A stretch of DNA of 32,080 nt. Origin: a bacterium. Lineage in GTDB: Bacteria; Hydrothermota; Tepidihabitantia; Tepidihabitantales; Tepidihabitantaceae. The notes under the pieces were generated by a model. That model saw only the letters and a program-made list of their open reading frames with translations. It had not been told where the DNA came from and did no database searches. A program made the translations under genes and the position numbers. This document shows, in pieces, positions 1-7,915 of this stretch. How positions within the stretch are numbered: the first letter of the stretch is position 1; each line of letters starts with the position of its first letter. The DNA lies in contig JAWOHE010000040.1 of assembly GCA_046485285.1 (NCBI GenBank), positions 1 to 32,080 on the forward strand, written 5' to 3'.

Positions 1-2
1 AC

Positions 3-2039
3 ACGCTGCCGAACCACGGGCAGTGTTCGACGGTGGCGCGGGCGGTGACGGACACGTGGACGATCGCGGTGCCGGGAGTGCGGGACTATCGCGGGCCGGT
101 GTTCAGCGTGGCCGGGCAGATGAGCTACATGGACGCGTACATTGCGAAGTACTGGCCGTCGAGCCCGTACTACTACAACATCTGGATGTACATGACCCTC
201 GGCGACCCCGCAATGCCGGTATGGGTCGGGACGCCGGCGACCCCGGTCGTCAGCTACCCGGACTCGATCCCGACCGGTCAGTACAACCTCAACGTCGACG
301 TCACGGTCGGCGGCCAGCCGGTCGCGGGGGCGCTGGTCTGCGCATGGCGGGAAGGCGAGTTCTATGTCGTCGAGCGCACCGACGCGACCGGCGCCGCGAC
401 GCTGGCGGTGAGCGCCTCGACCCCGGGTGAGGTCATGATCACGGTCAGCGAGGGTCACTCGGTGGCCGCGAGCCACACGCCGATACTGCCGCACGAGGGC
501 TTCACGATGGCGGGCGGCGGCAGCCCGCAGCCGAGCGTCCGCTACGTCGGGAACCGCGTCGACGACTCGGGCGGCAACAACAACGGCCGGTTTGACCCGG
601 GCGAGACCGCCGACGTGATCGTCACGGTCCGCAACAACGGCAACGCGCCGGCGGAGAACCTGACCGGACGGCTGCGCGCCTACCACGCGCAGTTCAGCGT
701 TACCGACTCGACCGCCGGCTTCGGGACACTGGCCGCCGGCGCGGACACGAACAACGCCCACGACCGGTTCAGCGCGTCGGCGGGGAGCGGCATCCCGGGC
801 GGGACATCGGTGCAGTGCTCGCTCTACCTGCATTCCGACAACTGGGGCGAGTGGACGTGGGGGTTCCGGCTGCAGGTCGGCCCGCCGCCGGTGCCGGCGC
901 AGTACATCATCACGCTGGACACCGGTGCGGTCAGGCTCTCGGTATGCGGCATCGGCTCGATCGGCTACGATGAGCCACCGGCCGACGCGGGCAGCGGTTT
1001 CCAGGTGCCCAAGAACGCGGCGAGCGCGCTGTTCTTCGGCGGGCTGATGGCCGGCGACTCGGAGAGCTGGCTGGTTGACCACCACTTCGGGCAGCCTGCG
1101 AACGGCCCGACCAACCGTGACTGGACAATGACCGACAGCTTCCGCTACCAGGTCCCGGCCGCCCCGGCTGACATTCACTGGCGGGGCGCGATGAGCGACT
1201 CCGGACACCCCTCGGCCAAGGGCCTTGGGTTGACCTGGGACTGGTACATGACGGCGCGGGGCGGCTATGACGACTGGGCGGTGGTCGACATCGAGTTCTC
1301 GAATGATGGCCCCGCAGACATCACCGGGATGTACGCCGGCTTCATCGGCGACTTCGACATCGGCTCTTCCTCGACCAACCTCGCGGCCTCCGATGAGGCC
1401 CGGCGCGCGGTCTGGATGCGTCAGGCCTCATCCGAGAACCCGTGCGCCGGTTTCGCGCTCCTGAATCCGACGACGTTTGCCAACCTCACGGCGGTCGACC
1501 ACGACCTGTACGTCTACGCGGACTCGGCGATGACGGACGGGATGAAATGGCGCCTGCTCAATGGGACGATCGCGGCGCGCCAGTCGAATCGCAGCTACGA
1601 CTGGTCGGTGCTGGCTTCGGCCGGGCCGTTTGACCTGGCGCGGGGCGCGACCCAGCGGGTCGCTTTCGCCGTCGTCGGCGGTCTGAACGTCGGCGAGTTC
1701 GGCGCGAACGTCGATTCGGCACAGCGCTGGTACGATGCGAATCTGCTTGGAGTCCGGGAAGGTGAGGGCCGGATTTCGGCCGGGCGTCGCCCGCTTCTCC
1801 TCAGCCCGAATCCTTTCAGCCGCGGGACGTTTGTCCACTACCAGCTCCCGGTGGCCGGCCGCGTGGCAATTGCGGCCTACGACCCGGCAGGCCGGGAGCT
1901 CGAGCGGGTCGAGTTCGAAGCGGCGGCGGGAAGCGGCCGGTACTACTGGCAGCCGCAGGCGCTGGCGCGCGGGGTCTACTTCCTGCGGGTCAGCACACCG
2001 GGCGGCGAGTCGGTGGCGAAGGTGATGATGCTGGACTAG
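3..2039 (+). CDS. C25 (gingipain-like) peptidase, 3' portion, with Ig/CARDB-like domains and a T9SS-type CTD; 5'-truncated by the window edge
   Basis: The frame is open from position 3. YYYNIWMYMTLGDPAMPVW resembles the end of C25 catalytic domains. It is followed by GNNNGRFDPGETADVIVTVRNNG and a C-terminal SPNPFSRGTFVHY...GVYFLRV...KVMMLD sorting domain. Catalytic residues lie outside the window. Confidence 0.7.
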   Translation, partial: TLPNHGQCSTVARAVTDTWTIAVPGVRDYRGPVFSVAGQMSYMDAYIAKYWPSSPYYYNIWMYMTLGDPAMPVWVGTPATPVVSYPDSIPTGQYNLNVDVTVGGQPVAGALVCAWREGEFYVVERTDATGAATLAVSASTPGEVMITVSEGHSVAASHTPILPHEGFTMAGGGSPQPSVRYVGNRVDDSGGNNNGRFDPGETADVIVTVRNNGNAPAENLTGRLRAYHAQFSVTDSTAGFGTLAAGADTNNAHDRFSASAGSGIPGGTSVQCSLYLHSDNWGEWTWGFRLQVGPPPVPAQYIITLDTGAVRLSVCGIGSIGYDEPPADAGSGFQVPKNAASALFFGGLMAGDSESWLVDHHFGQPANGPTNRDWTMTDSFRYQVPAAPADIHWRGAMSDSGHPSAKGLGLTWDWYMTARGGYDDWAVVDIEFSNDGPADITGMYAGFIGDFDIGSSSTNLAASDEARRAVWMRQASSENPCAGFALLNPTTFANLTAVDHDLYVYADSAMTDGMKWRLLNGTIAARQSNRSYDWSVLASAGPFDLARGATQRVAFAVVGGLNVGEFGANVDSAQRWYDANLLGVREGEGRISAGRRPLLLSPNPFSRGTFVHYQLPVAGRVAIAAYDPAGRELERVEFEAAAGSGRYYWQPQALARGVYFLRVSTPGGESVAKVMMLD

Positions 2040-2056
2040 CCGGCTCGAGGTTCCCA

Positions 2057-2084
2057 GGTCGGGGCGGCTGCGGCCGCCCCGACC
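2057..2084. terminator. GC-rich hairpin between convergent genes
   Basis: Perfect 12-bp inverted repeat GGTCGGGGCGGC-TGCG-GCCGCCCCGACC, 17 nt after the C25 stop; only a weak U-tract follows. Confidence 0.6.
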
Positions 2085-2197
2085 GTCTTACAGGGCCCTG
2101 CGGCTTGGCTGCCGTCCGGAAAGCGGCCGCCGGGCGCTGCCGGCCGGCGAGGGAGGGCTCGAGCCTCAGGGACCGGTCCTTCCTTGCCGGCAGGGAG

Positions 2198-2593
2198 TCA
2201 GTCGGTGTCGGGCTCGAAGATGACGTCGAATCGCCAGCGTTTCTTCTCGGCGTCCCAGGTCGCGACGATGGCGTCGGGGTCGATGTTGCCGCTGCGCAGG
2301 TGGTCGAACGTCGGCACCGGCTCGCCCTCGAACGAGAACTCGACGTCGACGCTGCCGATGTGGGTGTAGCGCGGGTCATCGGTTTCGGCTATGTCGGTTC
2401 CGGTGACGATGCAGGTGTAGTTGTCGCCGAGGAAGCTGAAGGCGGTCGTGTTCTTCGAAATCTGGAGGTCGTTGATGCCGTGCAGGGCGGCAAGCTGGGT
2501 GAAGAAGGCGTCGCGCAGGGTCCCGGAATTGGGCGCCGGGCCGCAACCGGCGGCGAGCATCAGGGCCAGGAGCAGGGGAAGCACTGGTTTCAC
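2198..2593 (-). CDS. Hypothetical lipoprotein (131 aa)
   Basis: GTG at 2593 follows an AAGGAG RBS. MKPVLPLLLALMLAAGC is a lipobox signal. A TTGCAT-N16-TACATT promoter-like site lies at 2662-2635. Confidence 0.75.
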   Translation of the reverse strand: MKPVLPLLLALMLAAGCGPAPNSGTLRDAFFTQLAALHGINDLQISKNTTAFSFLGDNYTCIVTGTDIAETDDPRYTHIGSVDVEFSFEGEPVPTFDHLRSGNIDPDAIVATWDAEKKRWRFDVIFEPDTD

Positions 2594-2684
2594 GGGGTAC
2601 TCCTTTCGGGTTCCGCGATCCAAGGCACGTACAGAATGTAACCGATAGCCGGATCGATGCAAGCGGTCGGTGTCGGAAGCGAGA

Positions 2685-2711
2685 TGCCGGGGCGGCTGGG
2701 CCGCCCCGGCA
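2685..2711 (-). terminator. GC-rich hairpin downstream of the S8 peptidase
   Basis: Perfect 12-bp inverted repeat TGCCGGGGCGGC-TGG-GCCGCCCCGGCA, 20 nt after the S8 stop. Confidence 0.6.
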
Positions 2712-2731
2712 CTCAGCGCACAGTATCCCCG

Positions 2732-5356
2732 CTACTCGAGAATCAGCTTGCGGGTGGCCTCGTCGCCGGCGGCGCGGAGGCGAAGGACGTAGACCCCGGA
2801 GCTCACCTTCCTGCCGCGATTGTCGCGTCCGTCCCAGGCCGCGACAAATGACCCGGCAGCGTGCTCGCCCGCCGCGAGCGTGCGGACTAGCGTGCCGGCG
2901 ACGGAGTACACCGCCAGTTCGGCCCGCCCGGCCCGCGGCAGGGAGTAGCGGACAGCCGCGGTCCGGGTGAACGGGTTCGGCGCCGGGTTGGCGAGCGCGA
3001 AGGCCAGCGGCGCGTCCCCGCCCTCGGCGAGCCCGGTGGCCGGGATGACCTCACAGCTGTCGACCCGCAGGTCGTTGGCGGGGTTCTCGTCGCCCGCGAG
3101 CATCGTCGAGCAGCGGACCGCGTGCCAGCCGAGGGCGACCGCGGTCCAGTCGGCGAAGCTGACAGTGTCCTGCTGACCCGGCGTCAGGATGACGTTCTGG
3201 GTGTCGGCCCAGGCCGTGCCGATGTTCAGGACGACGTCGAAGTTCTCCTCCGCGGCGCTGTGGTTGACGACGAGGGCGCTGGGGGTGACGACCGTGCCCG
3301 AGTCGACCTGCCCGACCGGCGCGTAGATGGCCCGGACCGCGACGTCGCGCCGGTCGCCGACATCGAATACCCCGATTGCCGCCAGCGCGAACGGCTGGGG
3401 TCCCTGGGGGATGTTGCGCGCGTGGACCTTGACCGTCCAGAGGCCGGGCTCGGGAGAGTTGACCCGCACGCACTCCTCGACGTTGAGGGTGTCGAAGTTG
3501 CCGCCGATCTGGGACTGGCCGGCCGAGTAGACATTGCCTTTGTACTCAGTCCCGGTCGGGGAGACGACAAGCAGGTCGAGGTCGTTGACGAGTATCATCG
3601 ACGCCTGCATCGTCCCGGGATAGTCGGACCAGCAAAGCGACACGCGGAACGGCCGCGCGTCATCGCCGATCTCGATGGCGTAGACCGCCGAATCGCCGGT
3701 TTCGAGTCCGGTTTCGTCGTCAGCTACCCAGAGCTTCGACTCGTCGCCGGCGAAGTAGAGCGAAGAGTCGAGGTTGACCCGGCCCCAGCCGACGTTGTTG
3801 TCCGGTACCGTGTAGCCGGAGATGTCGTTGTCGGCGCCGACGATCGCCACCGCCTTGTTCAGCGCGGCCGAGATCTCCATCGGCGTTCCGGTTGTCGTGT
3901 CGCCGGTAGGGTAGTAGCCCATCCGGAAGTACTGGCGGATGAGCGCAACCGTGCCGGTCATGTTGGGTGTCGACATCGAGGTGCCCGACATCGAGACGTA
4001 GTTGGCGGCATTGGAGTTGGAGTTCGAGTAGATGTTCTCGCCCGGCGCGACGAGCTGGGGCTTGCGCCGGCCGTCCTGGGTGGGTCCGCGCGAGGAAAAG
4101 GTCGCAATGCTCCGGCACGAGGCGCCGTTCTGGGTTGCGCCGACCGAGATGATGTTCTTGGCAATGACCGGGTGGCCCATCTGGTTGGTGCTGTAGTTGC
4201 CCATCGAGTTGCAGTGGAGGAACTTGCGGTGGTTCCAGATGAACTGGTCGGCGGTCATATCGGTGAAGACGTAGCGGTTGAAGGTATCCTTGCGCGACAG
4301 GCTCATCGAGTGATTGAGCGCGCGCAGGCTGTCAACCTGCACGTTGAGGCCGGAGTCGGGCCCGCGGAACCAGACGTTCATGTCCCAGCCGCTCGGGAAG
4401 ACATTGTAGTTCTGGAAGAACAGCCGGGCGTGCTTGGCGACGCCGTCGTGCCAGGACGTGCCGCCGACATAGTCGTCGTCGCCGACGATCGTGCCCGACG
4501 TGTGGGTGCCGTGGGAGTCCGAGCCCTGGGTGCCACGGTAGGCGACGACCTTGCGGTGATTGGGCCCGGGAACGTTGCTGCCGCCGGCGGTGTCGCGGGT
4601 GGCGTTGTGATTCATCCACATCGGGGTGTCGGTCAGGCCGATGATCATCCCGCGGCCGGAAACTCCGCGGTGCCAGATGGTGCGGGTCGTGTCGGACGGG
4701 GAGTAGCCATTCTGGCCGACCCACTGGCAGTCACGGTTGTCCGGGGTAATCTCTCCCCACGGCTCGATCCAGTAGACCCCGCGGAGCCGCGCCAGCTCGA
4801 CGACCGCAGAGGCGTCGATGTCGATCCGAACGCTCTTGTTCCAGGCGTTGAACTCGGGCAGGATGTTCCACGCCCCGAGTCCGGCGAGCTGGTCGAGCAT
4901 CGCGTTGCCGTCCTCCGGGTAGTGGAAGACGACGATCAGGGACTGAATGCCTTCGGTTTGTTCGAGCCCGGGGGAGAGCTTGTAGGTCGGCTGGTAGAGG
5001 CCAACCCATCGGACTTCGTCGAGTGCCGTAACCGACTCGACCCGGTCGGTCGGGATGCGGGCGACGAAGGCGTAGCGCGGGATGTACCAGAGCAGTTCCG
5101 CGCCCGCGCGTTCGACAGACTTTTTCCACTCCGGTCGGACCGGGCCCGGGAACTGGATGATGTAGTAGTCGTGGTCCGGCGATGCCTTCTCAACCGCTAG
5201 CCAGTCGGGCATGCCCGGGGTCCCGGTGAGCGGGTCGAAGGAGTAGCCCTGGACCAGGTTCAGGGTCATCGGCCCCGTCGTCTCGACCGGGAGTTGCGTC
5301 TTCGCCGTGGCGAGTCCCAGAAGGAGCATCACCAACAGCAATGTCGTTCTCTTCAC
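2732..5356 (-). CDS. S8 subtilisin-like serine peptidase (KP-43-like) with propeptide, beta-barrel, CARDB-like and FlgD-Ig CTD domains
   Basis: GTG at 5356 follows GGAGG, then a signal peptide. Triad motifs are GLTDTP, SHGTHTSGT and SGTSMSTP; also FSSRGPTQDGRRKPQLVAPG, GWGRVNL and LVNDLDL. C-terminus is PNPF...WDGRDNRGRKVSSGVYVLRL. Confidence 0.92.
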   Translation of the reverse strand: MKRTTLLLVMLLLGLATAKTQLPVETTGPMTLNLVQGYSFDPLTGTPGMPDWLAVEKASPDHDYYIIQFPGPVRPEWKKSVERAGAELLWYIPRYAFVARIPTDRVESVTALDEVRWVGLYQPTYKLSPGLEQTEGIQSLIVVFHYPEDGNAMLDQLAGLGAWNILPEFNAWNKSVRIDIDASAVVELARLRGVYWIEPWGEITPDNRDCQWVGQNGYSPSDTTRTIWHRGVSGRGMIIGLTDTPMWMNHNATRDTAGGSNVPGPNHRKVVAYRGTQGSDSHGTHTSGTIVGDDDYVGGTSWHDGVAKHARLFFQNYNVFPSGWDMNVWFRGPDSGLNVQVDSLRALNHSMSLSRKDTFNRYVFTDMTADQFIWNHRKFLHCNSMGNYSTNQMGHPVIAKNIISVGATQNGASCRSIATFSSRGPTQDGRRKPQLVAPGENIYSNSNSNAANYVSMSGTSMSTPNMTGTVALIRQYFRMGYYPTGDTTTGTPMEISAALNKAVAIVGADNDISGYTVPDNNVGWGRVNLDSSLYFAGDESKLWVADDETGLETGDSAVYAIEIGDDARPFRVSLCWSDYPGTMQASMILVNDLDLLVVSPTGTEYKGNVYSAGQSQIGGNFDTLNVEECVRVNSPEPGLWTVKVHARNIPQGPQPFALAAIGVFDVGDRRDVAVRAIYAPVGQVDSGTVVTPSALVVNHSAAEENFDVVLNIGTAWADTQNVILTPGQQDTVSFADWTAVALGWHAVRCSTMLAGDENPANDLRVDSCEVIPATGLAEGGDAPLAFALANPAPNPFTRTAAVRYSLPRAGRAELAVYSVAGTLVRTLAAGEHAAGSFVAAWDGRDNRGRKVSSGVYVLRLRAAGDEATRKLILE

Positions 5357-5399
5357 GTTGCCTCCGTTGGGGATCAGGATTGCGCTCTTCAGAACAGAT

Positions 5400-5428
5400 A
5401 TTATCCTCTGCCATAGGGCGCGAGTCAA
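5400..5428 (-). promoter_or_regulatory. Sigma70-like promoter for the S8 gene
   Basis: Minus strand TTGACT-N17-GATAAT, 44 nt upstream of the GTG. Confidence 0.55.
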
Positions 5429-5463
5429 ACGGCAGGTTTGACGCAGGTAGACAGCGTGAGCAG

Positions 5464-5877
5464 CTACCTTGCCGGTTGTCCGGGTCCGGCTCCAGGTTGA
5501 TGACCTGGCCCGGGCCGACCCCGCCAGCCGAAACGGGCCAAGTCAATCTGGCCCGTGGCCGAGACGATGATGCCCTCGGACTCCAGCAGCCTGCGTTGTT
5601 CCTCGCCGCCGTCGGCCGGGATCGAGACGATGCCCTTCGAGCTGATCACCCGATGCCAGGGCAGCCCGCGGCTCCGGGACAACGCCCAGAGAGCCCGTAC
5701 GACCTGGCGCGCGGCACGCGGGTTGCCGGCGATTGCTGCGACCTGTCCGTAGGTAGCTACCCTTCCGCGCGGTATATCCTCGACCACGCGGGCGGCCCTG
5801 ATGGCGAAGCTCTCGTAGGGCCTGTCACGATCGGAATGCCCGCCGGGGCGTTCATCGCGACAGCGAGCCATCTGCAA
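5464..5877 (-). CDS. Alkyltransferase-like protein (ATL, MGMT family, YbaZ-like)
   Basis: IPRGRVATYGQVA...AARQV HTH motif and LPWHRVI (Trp replaces the catalytic Cys); AAGGAGG RBS. Start could be TTG 5877 or ATG 5871. Confidence 0.9.
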   Translation of the reverse strand: MQMARCRDERPGGHSDRDRPYESFAIRAARVVEDIPRGRVATYGQVAAIAGNPRAARQVVRALWALSRSRGLPWHRVISSKGIVSIPADGGEEQRRLLESEGIIVSATGQIDLARFGWRGRPGPGHQPGAGPGQPAR

Positions 5878-6112
5878 TTATGCCGTCCTCCTTCAGGTTT
5901 TCAAGGCAGGGACGTGGCGGACAGCTCACGAACCGTTTGACAGCCCCACGAGGCAGGACATATTATCTGACAGATGGTGTCGCAACCGCCTGAGCGCAGG
6001 TCGGGTCCCCGGCGCTTCGCGCCGGGAGTCCGTGCAGGAATCCTGATGGGGTCTTCCTTGTACGCGCGCCGCGGGCGCGGGTTCCCGGCGGCCAAGGGCC
6101 GCCGGGGGTGAA

Positions 6113-7915
6113 GTGCTTTCGACGCTCGTAGCCGTTATCCTGGCCGTCCAGTTCGGCCCGGAGGACTCGATTGCCGCAGTGCGATTCGAAGGCAACCGGG
6201 CATTCCGGGACCGGACGCTCAGGGCGGCGATCACTTCCCACCGCGGAGGCCCGCTCATCGAGCGGCAGCTTGCTGCCGACGCCCGCCTGCTGGCAACGAT
6301 ATACGTCGACAACGGTTTCCGCGCCGTCGAGGTGAGCTGGGACGCGCAGCGGGAGCGTCGCCAGTGGCGCGTGACATTCAAGGTCAGCGAGGGTGTTCGG
6401 TCGCGGGTCGGCGCGGTGCGGTTTGCCGGCAACGCCGCCTGGGATTCGGTGCGGCTCGCGGCGCTCGTGACGGCGCGACCGGGTCGGCATCTGACCGCGG
6501 CGATGCCGGCCGAGGGTGAGGCGCGACTGGCCGAGTTCTACAACAACAATGGCTACCCTTTCGCTCAGGTTGACGGTGAGTGGGAGCATCGCGACACCAT
6601 TGCCGATCTGATTTTCTCCATCATTGAAGGTCCGCGCTGCCATATCTCGGCGTTGCGCGTGCGCGGCAACCGCCGGGTCGCGACGAACGTGGTCCTGCGG
6701 GCAATCGAGGTCCGGCCCGGCGAGCTCTTCAGCCGGCGGCGGCTGCAGGAGGCGCAGAGGCGGCTCTACGCCACCAGGTTGTTCCAACGGGTGCTGTTCT
6801 ACGTCCTGCGACCGGACGGTGGCGCGGGGGAGATGATCTGGGGCCAGGGTGTCCAGACGGGCGATGCGGTTCCCGGTACCGGCGAGGCGGCGAGTTACCC
6901 GGTTGACAGCGTTGTCATCCGTTATGACGTCGCCGAACAGACTCAACACGGCCTCGCATTCGGTGCCGGCTTCGAGGCGCCGCCGTTCCGTCTGCTCGGG
7001 TCGGTTGACTGGCAGCACCTGAACGTCCTCGGCCGGGCGCACGTGTTCGAGGCAGGCGTTGAGTACAGCCCGGGTTTCACGGGTGATTACCGGTTCGGGT
7101 TGCAGGCGAGCTACCGCGTTCCGTACCTGTTCCTCAATCGAGTCAACTTCTCGTTTCGCCCGTTCTTCGCGGTCGAGCGGATCGACACCGCGCTCAGCCG
7201 TGAACTCGGCGCTGAGACCGGGTTGAGCCGTGAGCTCGCACCCCAGTTGAGCGCCGGCCTGTTCAACCGGTTTCGGGTCGTGGCGGATACTGCGAGCGGG
7301 GTCACGAATTCGGTCGCTCTGAATCTCCAGTACGACACCCGCGATGACGTCTTCGACCCGGGGCAGGGCGTTTTCCTCCGGCCGCTGGCTGAAGTCGCCG
7401 GCGGCCTGCTTCAGGGCAGCAACGACTTCTATCGGGTTTCGGGCGAGGCGCGCGGGTTCGGGCGATTCGGTCCGGGCTTCGTGCTTGCCGCGCGGGCGGT
7501 TGCGGGCTCGTGTTTCCCGTATGGCTCGACGGCGCGAATCCCTTACTACGAGGCGTTCACGCTCGGCGGGCGCAATAACCTGCGCGGGTATCAAGACCGC
7601 TCGGTCGGCCCGGATTCGACCGGGCGGCTGGCCGACGGTGGTTTTCGCTTCGGGCCGATGATACTGAACGGCAGCATCGAACTGCGCTCTCCCTACATCC
7701 TTGGCTGGGTCGGGCTGGTCGCTTTTGCGGACGGCGGCGAGGTCGTCGGCCCGGAGGCCGGTTTCAGCACAGGGGCGTTCGAGTACAGTGCCGGCGCCGG
7801 GGTGCGGGTCCGGACGCCGATCGGCCCGGCCCGGGTTGACTGGGGCAAGCGGCTACGGAACCCGCCGGCCGGCGACCGGGGACGGTTCTACTTCGGACTG
7901 TTGCATGCGTTCTAA
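6113..7915 (+). CDS. tamA: Omp85-family outer membrane protein with three POTRA domains (TamA-like)
   Basis: Three POTRA repeats (RFEGN, RFAGN, RVRGN; YxxNGY/F), YDTRDDVFDPGQG, the loop-6 motif LRGY, and C-terminal TPIGPARVDWG...HAF. Overlaps the following TamB-like gene. Confidence 0.8.
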   Translation: MLSTLVAVILAVQFGPEDSIAAVRFEGNRAFRDRTLRAAITSHRGGPLIERQLAADARLLATIYVDNGFRAVEVSWDAQRERRQWRVTFKVSEGVRSRVGAVRFAGNAAWDSVRLAALVTARPGRHLTAAMPAEGEARLAEFYNNNGYPFAQVDGEWEHRDTIADLIFSIIEGPRCHISALRVRGNRRVATNVVLRAIEVRPGELFSRRRLQEAQRRLYATRLFQRVLFYVLRPDGGAGEMIWGQGVQTGDAVPGTGEAASYPVDSVVIRYDVAEQTQHGLAFGAGFEAPPFRLLGSVDWQHLNVLGRAHVFEAGVEYSPGFTGDYRFGLQASYRVPYLFLNRVNFSFRPFFAVERIDTALSRELGAETGLSRELAPQLSAGLFNRFRVVADTASGVTNSVALNLQYDTRDDVFDPGQGVFLRPLAEVAGGLLQGSNDFYRVSGEARGFGRFGPGFVLAARAVAGSCFPYGSTARIPYYEAFTLGGRNNLRGYQDRSVGPDSTGRLADGGFRFGPMILNGSIELRSPYILGWVGLVAFADGGEVVGPEAGFSTGAFEYSAGAGVRVRTPIGPARVDWGKRLRNPPAGDRGRFYFGLLHAF

